59,700 nt of DNA from an uncultured Methanosarcinales archaeon. GTDB taxonomy: Archaea > Nanobdellota > Nanobdellia > Woesearchaeales > CAZPJY01. Below, piece after piece: positions 56,062 to 59,700 of this stretch. The stretch spans positions 1 through 59,700 of the forward strand of contig CAZPJY010000006.1 in NCBI GenBank assembly GCA_964587045.1, written 5' to 3'. Below the pieces are notes generated by a model. The model did not search any database. It was given only the letters and a program-made list of their open reading frames with translations, and was not told the DNA's origin. Made by a program: the position numbers and the translations under genes. Position 1 is the first letter of the stretch, and each line of letters opens with the position of its first letter.

Positions 56062-56767
56062 CATCCCTCTCCAGCTGTCCCTTGAGGTTGTCAGGGCAGG
56101 AATGGACGAGCTTAGGGATTACCAGGCTCAGAATGTCATCATGGACCTCTTCAGGATCCTTCGTGCCGTCGATCGAAAATATCGTTGCGTCCTGCTCCCC
56201 GATTATGGAGTAGTTCTCTGCGACCACGCTCTGGAAGCTGCGCCCGTTGAACTTCTTTTCCTCATCAGGACGCCTGCCTAGCCGCTTAAGGCTCACCTCG
56301 ACAGGTATGCGGAGAATTATCGTGAGGTCGGGCATGAGGATTCCAGAATGCATCCTTACTATCTCCTCGAACATCCTGAGCCTGTCCGCACCCACCACGC
56401 CCTTCTGGGCGGTCTGGTAGGCCATGGTCGAGAATAGGTAGCGGTCCTTTATCACCACTCCCGCAGGCTTCGAGAGGGCTTCCTTGATGAGAGGCTGGTG
56501 CTCCCTCCGGTCCTTGACGTACAGGTTGAGGAGCTCAGCATGGCTGGAGCCCGGGTCGTCCTCCTCCCTCAGGATCTCCCTGATCCTTAGCCCGTACTTT
56601 CCGTACGTTGGATCCCTGGACAGGAGGATCTCTGAATACACCTTGCTCAGATTGTACAGCGAGTCGACCAGCCTGGCCACCTGAAGCGTCTTCCCGCAGG
56701 CTTCGATGCCCTCGAAAGCCACGAAAAATGAGTCATTATCGTTCCTGGGCAGAGAATCGAACATCAT
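56030..56767 (-). CDS. tmk: Thymidylate kinase
   Basis: FVAFEGIEACGKT, DRYLFSTMAYQ, PDLTIIL. Confidence 0.92.
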   Translation of the reverse strand: MMFDSLPRNDNDSFFVAFEGIEACGKTLQVARLVDSLYNLSKVYSEILLSRDPTYGKYGLRIREILREEDDPGSSHAELLNLYVKDRREHQPLIKEALSKPAGVVIKDRYLFSTMAYQTAQKGVVGADRLRMFEEIVRMHSGILMPDLTIILRIPVEVSLKRLGRRPDEEKKFNGRSFQSVVAENYSIIGEQDATIFSIDGTKDPEEVHDDILSLVIPKLVHSCPDNLKGQLERDVKISGLDRLL

Positions 56768-58149
56768 CTTACCACCTCAGGCACCAGGTTCGGTGTGACC
56801 CGCCGGGCCAAGCCTTCCATCAGACCGGCGATCTCGCGTATCTCCCACTGGGCGTGCGGGGAGATGCGCAGCCTCCTTATGTGGTAGAGCTCCCTTGCGT
56901 TGACGGTCAGGGTCACCAAGCGCACGACTCCGTTGGGCAGCACGTAGGCGGCTGCGTCCGGATACTCCTGCTGCAAAACCTTGAAGGCCTTCTCCGACCT
57001 GTCGTACACGTCGCCCAGCCGGTCTGCGAGACCCATCCCGCTGATGAAGGGCGGCACCTTGAAGCCGAAGCCTGTGCTGTAAGGGGTGGGCTCAAGGGAC
57101 ATCATCCTGTGCCTGATCATCTGGTGCTGGCAGGCCTCGCTCATCAGCGCCTCGAAGACGTAGAATGCCTTCTCAAACTCCCTCGGGGGCAGCTCGTTGT
57201 GGCGCATGCCCTCCAGGCTCTGCCTGATCACGAATCCGGAATCTCCCAACAAACGCTTAGCCTGTCCCAAAGTGATCCCGTGCCTGCTCTTGAGTATGCT
57301 CGCTGCCACGAGCTCCTCCAGTCCGGGGTCTGAATGCACGAGGGACACGGCTTCGGGAAGGGAATCTGGGGGTATCACCTTCTGCCTCCCCTCATACCTG
57401 CTGGTTGGCTCGCTCACCTCTGGGAAGAGCGACGGCGCGACCGCCATCACCTGCTCTTTGAGCCTCCTCCCGACCTCCCTTATCTCCTCTGCTGGGTGGT
57501 TTTCGGCATGTACGATGAGCCTCTCCAGCGCTGTGGCGTTGACGGTCGCTCCCACCCGCGTATGCGTTGCCAGGGGGAGCGCGTACCTCAGGTCCTCCTT
57601 GGCCTTCTCCTCGATCTTGGGCCTCTTGTCGAGGTCGTAGTTCTCTTCAGCGAACCTCACGCCGGCCTCGAAGTTGTCAAGGTAGAATCCGAACTGCTCC
57701 TTGACTGTCTCGCAAAAGAGCTTCCTGAGCTCCTCGTTCCTGATCTCTGGGGGGGTGGTGTAGTTGCCTGATGTGTGCGGCACGCCTTCGGCCATCTCGT
57801 CGAAGCTGACCTTGACGTAGCGCTGAGACTGCTGGATGCCGCTCATCAGTCGGTGGCCGAAATGGAACATGGACCAGTACCTCGAGAGACCCTCGAAGAG
57901 GATGTTGAACGTGGCGGCCTCGGCTATGGCGTAGTGACCCCTGCCGAAGAGGATCGCCTTATTCCTCTTCCTGGCGAGATCTATGTCCTCGATGGCCTTG
58001 CTCTTGATGGTGTCGAATGGCTCGTCGCTTTGGCTGATCCTGGTTATCATCCGGACGATGTATTCAGGAGTCTTCGGGCTGCCCCTGTACCTGTCCGGGT
58101 TCTGGATCATATCTAAAGGCAGGTTGTAGCCTAGCAGTTCGACGCGCAT
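56764..58149 (-). CDS. thyX: Flavin-dependent thymidylate synthase with tandem ThyX domains
   Basis: GHYAIAE, HRLMSGIQQSQRY, EDLRYALP; second domain RHRMMS, NAREL, HAQWEIR. Confidence 0.88.
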   Translation of the reverse strand: MRVELLGYNLPLDMIQNPDRYRGSPKTPEYIVRMITRISQSDEPFDTIKSKAIEDIDLARKRNKAILFGRGHYAIAEAATFNILFEGLSRYWSMFHFGHRLMSGIQQSQRYVKVSFDEMAEGVPHTSGNYTTPPEIRNEELRKLFCETVKEQFGFYLDNFEAGVRFAEENYDLDKRPKIEEKAKEDLRYALPLATHTRVGATVNATALERLIVHAENHPAEEIREVGRRLKEQVMAVAPSLFPEVSEPTSRYEGRQKVIPPDSLPEAVSLVHSDPGLEELVAASILKSRHGITLGQAKRLLGDSGFVIRQSLEGMRHNELPPREFEKAFYVFEALMSEACQHQMIRHRMMSLEPTPYSTGFGFKVPPFISGMGLADRLGDVYDRSEKAFKVLQQEYPDAAAYVLPNGVVRLVTLTVNARELYHIRRLRISPHAQWEIREIAGLMEGLARRVTPNLVPEVVR

Positions 58150-58267
58150 TCAGTAGCGGTTGCGGAGCGTTGCTTATATACTTATGTTACCCAAAAACAG
58201 GGACAGCGTTGCATACTTATTTTCCATCGCAATAATATTTTTATACTGAGTTGCAAGCCTAGGACAG

Positions 58268-58855
58268 ATGGCATCGACCAAGGTATTCGCCCTCGTTGGG
58301 ATGTGCGGGTCAGGCAAGAGCGTCGTTGCAGACCACCTTGTGAGCAAGGGGTTCGGATTCTTCAGGTTCGGCCAGATAACCCTGGACGAGATCAAGAAGA
58401 GGGGGCTTGAACCGACTGAGGAGAACGAGCGCCCCATCAGGGAGGAGTTCAGGAAGAAATATGGCATGGCGGCTTATGCCGTCCTTAACTTCCCGAAGTG
58501 CGACGAGCTCAAATCAAAGGGACACGTCGTGGCTGACGGGATGTACAGCTGGGAGGAGTACAAGGCCTTTGAGGAGAGGTACGGGGAGGATTTCGTATGC
58601 ATCGCAATTGTCGCCTCCCCAAAGGTTAGGTACGCCAGGCTCGCGTCGAGGGAGTATGATCCCGCTGCGGATCCCAAGATGAGGAACAGGCCGATGACTG
58701 GGGACGCCGCACGCTCCAGGGACTTCGCTGAGATTGAGAAACTGCACAAGGGCGGGCCGATAGCGATGGCCCACAATACGTTCGTGAACGAGGGAACTGT
58801 CCAAGAGCTCCTCTCGTTCGTCGACAAGGCTCTGCACGGTTACGGGATAAAATGA
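58268..58855 (+). CDS. P-loop nucleotide kinase (UPF0200 / dephospho-CoA kinase-like)
   Basis: LVGMCGSGKS, VADG, RD..EI, GGPIAMA. Confidence 0.75.
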   Translation: MASTKVFALVGMCGSGKSVVADHLVSKGFGFFRFGQITLDEIKKRGLEPTEENERPIREEFRKKYGMAAYAVLNFPKCDELKSKGHVVADGMYSWEEYKAFEERYGEDFVCIAIVASPKVRYARLASREYDPAADPKMRNRPMTGDAARSRDFAEIEKLHKGGPIAMAHNTFVNEGTVQELLSFVDKALHGYGIK

Positions 58856-59328
58856 AACGGATAGGCTGGGACGACTACTTCATGAAGATGGCTTACCTCG
58901 TTAGGGAGAGGGGTACCTGCCTGCGCCGCAGGGTGGGGGCTGTGGCTGTAAGGGACAGGCGCGTGCTCGCCACGGGATACAACGGCCCTCCCCGCGGGCT
59001 GCCGCACTGCGACGAGCTGGGCGGATGCCTCAGGGACAAGCTGAACGTGCCCAGTGGAGAGCGCGCGGAGCTCTCGCGTGCGGTGCATGCCGAGCAGAAT
59101 ATCGTCGCGCAAGCCGCGTTCCACGGCGCAAGCATAAGGGGCGCGACCATCTACGTGACCAACCACCCCTGCAGCACGTGCGCAAAGATACTCATCAACG
59201 CAGGAGTAAAAGAGATTGTGTTCTCAGAGGGTTATCCTGACCAGCTTGGAAAGGACATACTCAAGGCATCGACCGTTAAGGTGCGTCAGGTGCCTTTCGA
59301 CACCAAGCAGATGCTCATCGTGCCCTAG
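58852..59328 (+). CDS. dCMP deaminase
   Basis: WDDYFM, TGYNG, HAEQN, PCSTC. Confidence 0.92.
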   Translation: MKRIGWDDYFMKMAYLVRERGTCLRRRVGAVAVRDRRVLATGYNGPPRGLPHCDELGGCLRDKLNVPSGERAELSRAVHAEQNIVAQAAFHGASIRGATIYVTNHPCSTCAKILINAGVKEIVFSEGYPDQLGKDILKASTVKVRQVPFDTKQMLIVP

Positions 59329-59699
59329 CGCGTCGAGACGTCGATTGTGCGGATGGCGCCGCTTTCGAGGACGATGTCCATTTCGACCATCTTCGCCTCG
59401 GAGTATTCCTCTTTCCAGTCGTCGAACTCGATTGAGTGATCCCAGCGATTCTCGTCGACAGTTACGTAGGCTGGCAGGATGAAACGGACGTGCTCCCACT
59501 CCTTCATCTCCTTGAGGTGGGGCATGAGTGCTTCCTTCTTGAATCTGAAGCCGCTCGTGCCTGAGAATCCGTCGTACGATGCCGACGAGGTCCCGTACCT
59601 CATCTCCAAGAATACATCATGTTCTGCCAATCGGAACCCGATGCGGTATATGCTTACAGGGAAGCCTTCCTTGTGTCCCCGGATAGCCTTCCCAGGGAT
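59325..59699 (-). CDS. Hypothetical protein, 5' end outside the window
   Basis: Frame stays open to the window edge (IPGKAIRGHKEGFPVSIYRIGFRLAEHDVF...). Confidence 0.55.
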   Translation of the reverse strand: MPGKAIRGHKEGFPVSIYRIGFRLAEHDVFLEMRYGTSSASYDGFSGTSGFRFKKEALMPHLKEMKEWEHVRFILPAYVTVDENRWDHSIEFDDWKEEYSEAKMVEMDIVLESGAIRTIDVSTR

Positions 59700-59700
59700 T

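Overview
Archaeal chromosomal segment, most consistent with a DPANN (Woesearchaeota-like) genome. That assignment is inferred from rpl1-rpl10(P0)-rpl12, PIN-rpoE'-spt4-rps24e-rps27ae, the archaeal CCA enzyme, Taw1, TATA promoters and bacterial-type extras such as nrdR and apbE. The main feature is a ~15 kb co-oriented cluster (8489-23516) in two transcription units. Unit 2 reads as a complete ubiquitin-like conjugation module: a beta-grasp-like protein ending IHLYTRYEDGG-AGY, a large protein with an E2-like HPxVxxxGxIC motif, a JAB protease, a tandem-ThiF (Uba1-like) E1 and a second JAB. These are followed by an Lrp/AsnC regulator, a TPR protein, a transglutaminase-like protein, a helical protein and a membrane LysM protein. 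Unit 1 has small membrane proteins, an Mrr-like nuclease, a coiled-coil protein, a classical-clade AAA ATPase and a degenerate GHKL protein. Both units are preceded by the same ~10.3-bp-phased array of TCCGGA-like motifs. Also present: nrdRDG with tandem NrdR boxes over an archaeal promoter, an ApbE/ferric-reductase flavinylation-like operon, a frameshifted Qng1/DUF2419 gene, three unannotated microproteins, a structured candidate RNA at ~54.9-55.1 kb and a dTTP synthesis cluster. No tRNA, rRNA, CRISPR array or mobile element was recognised. All family calls come from visual motif recognition; no searches were run.
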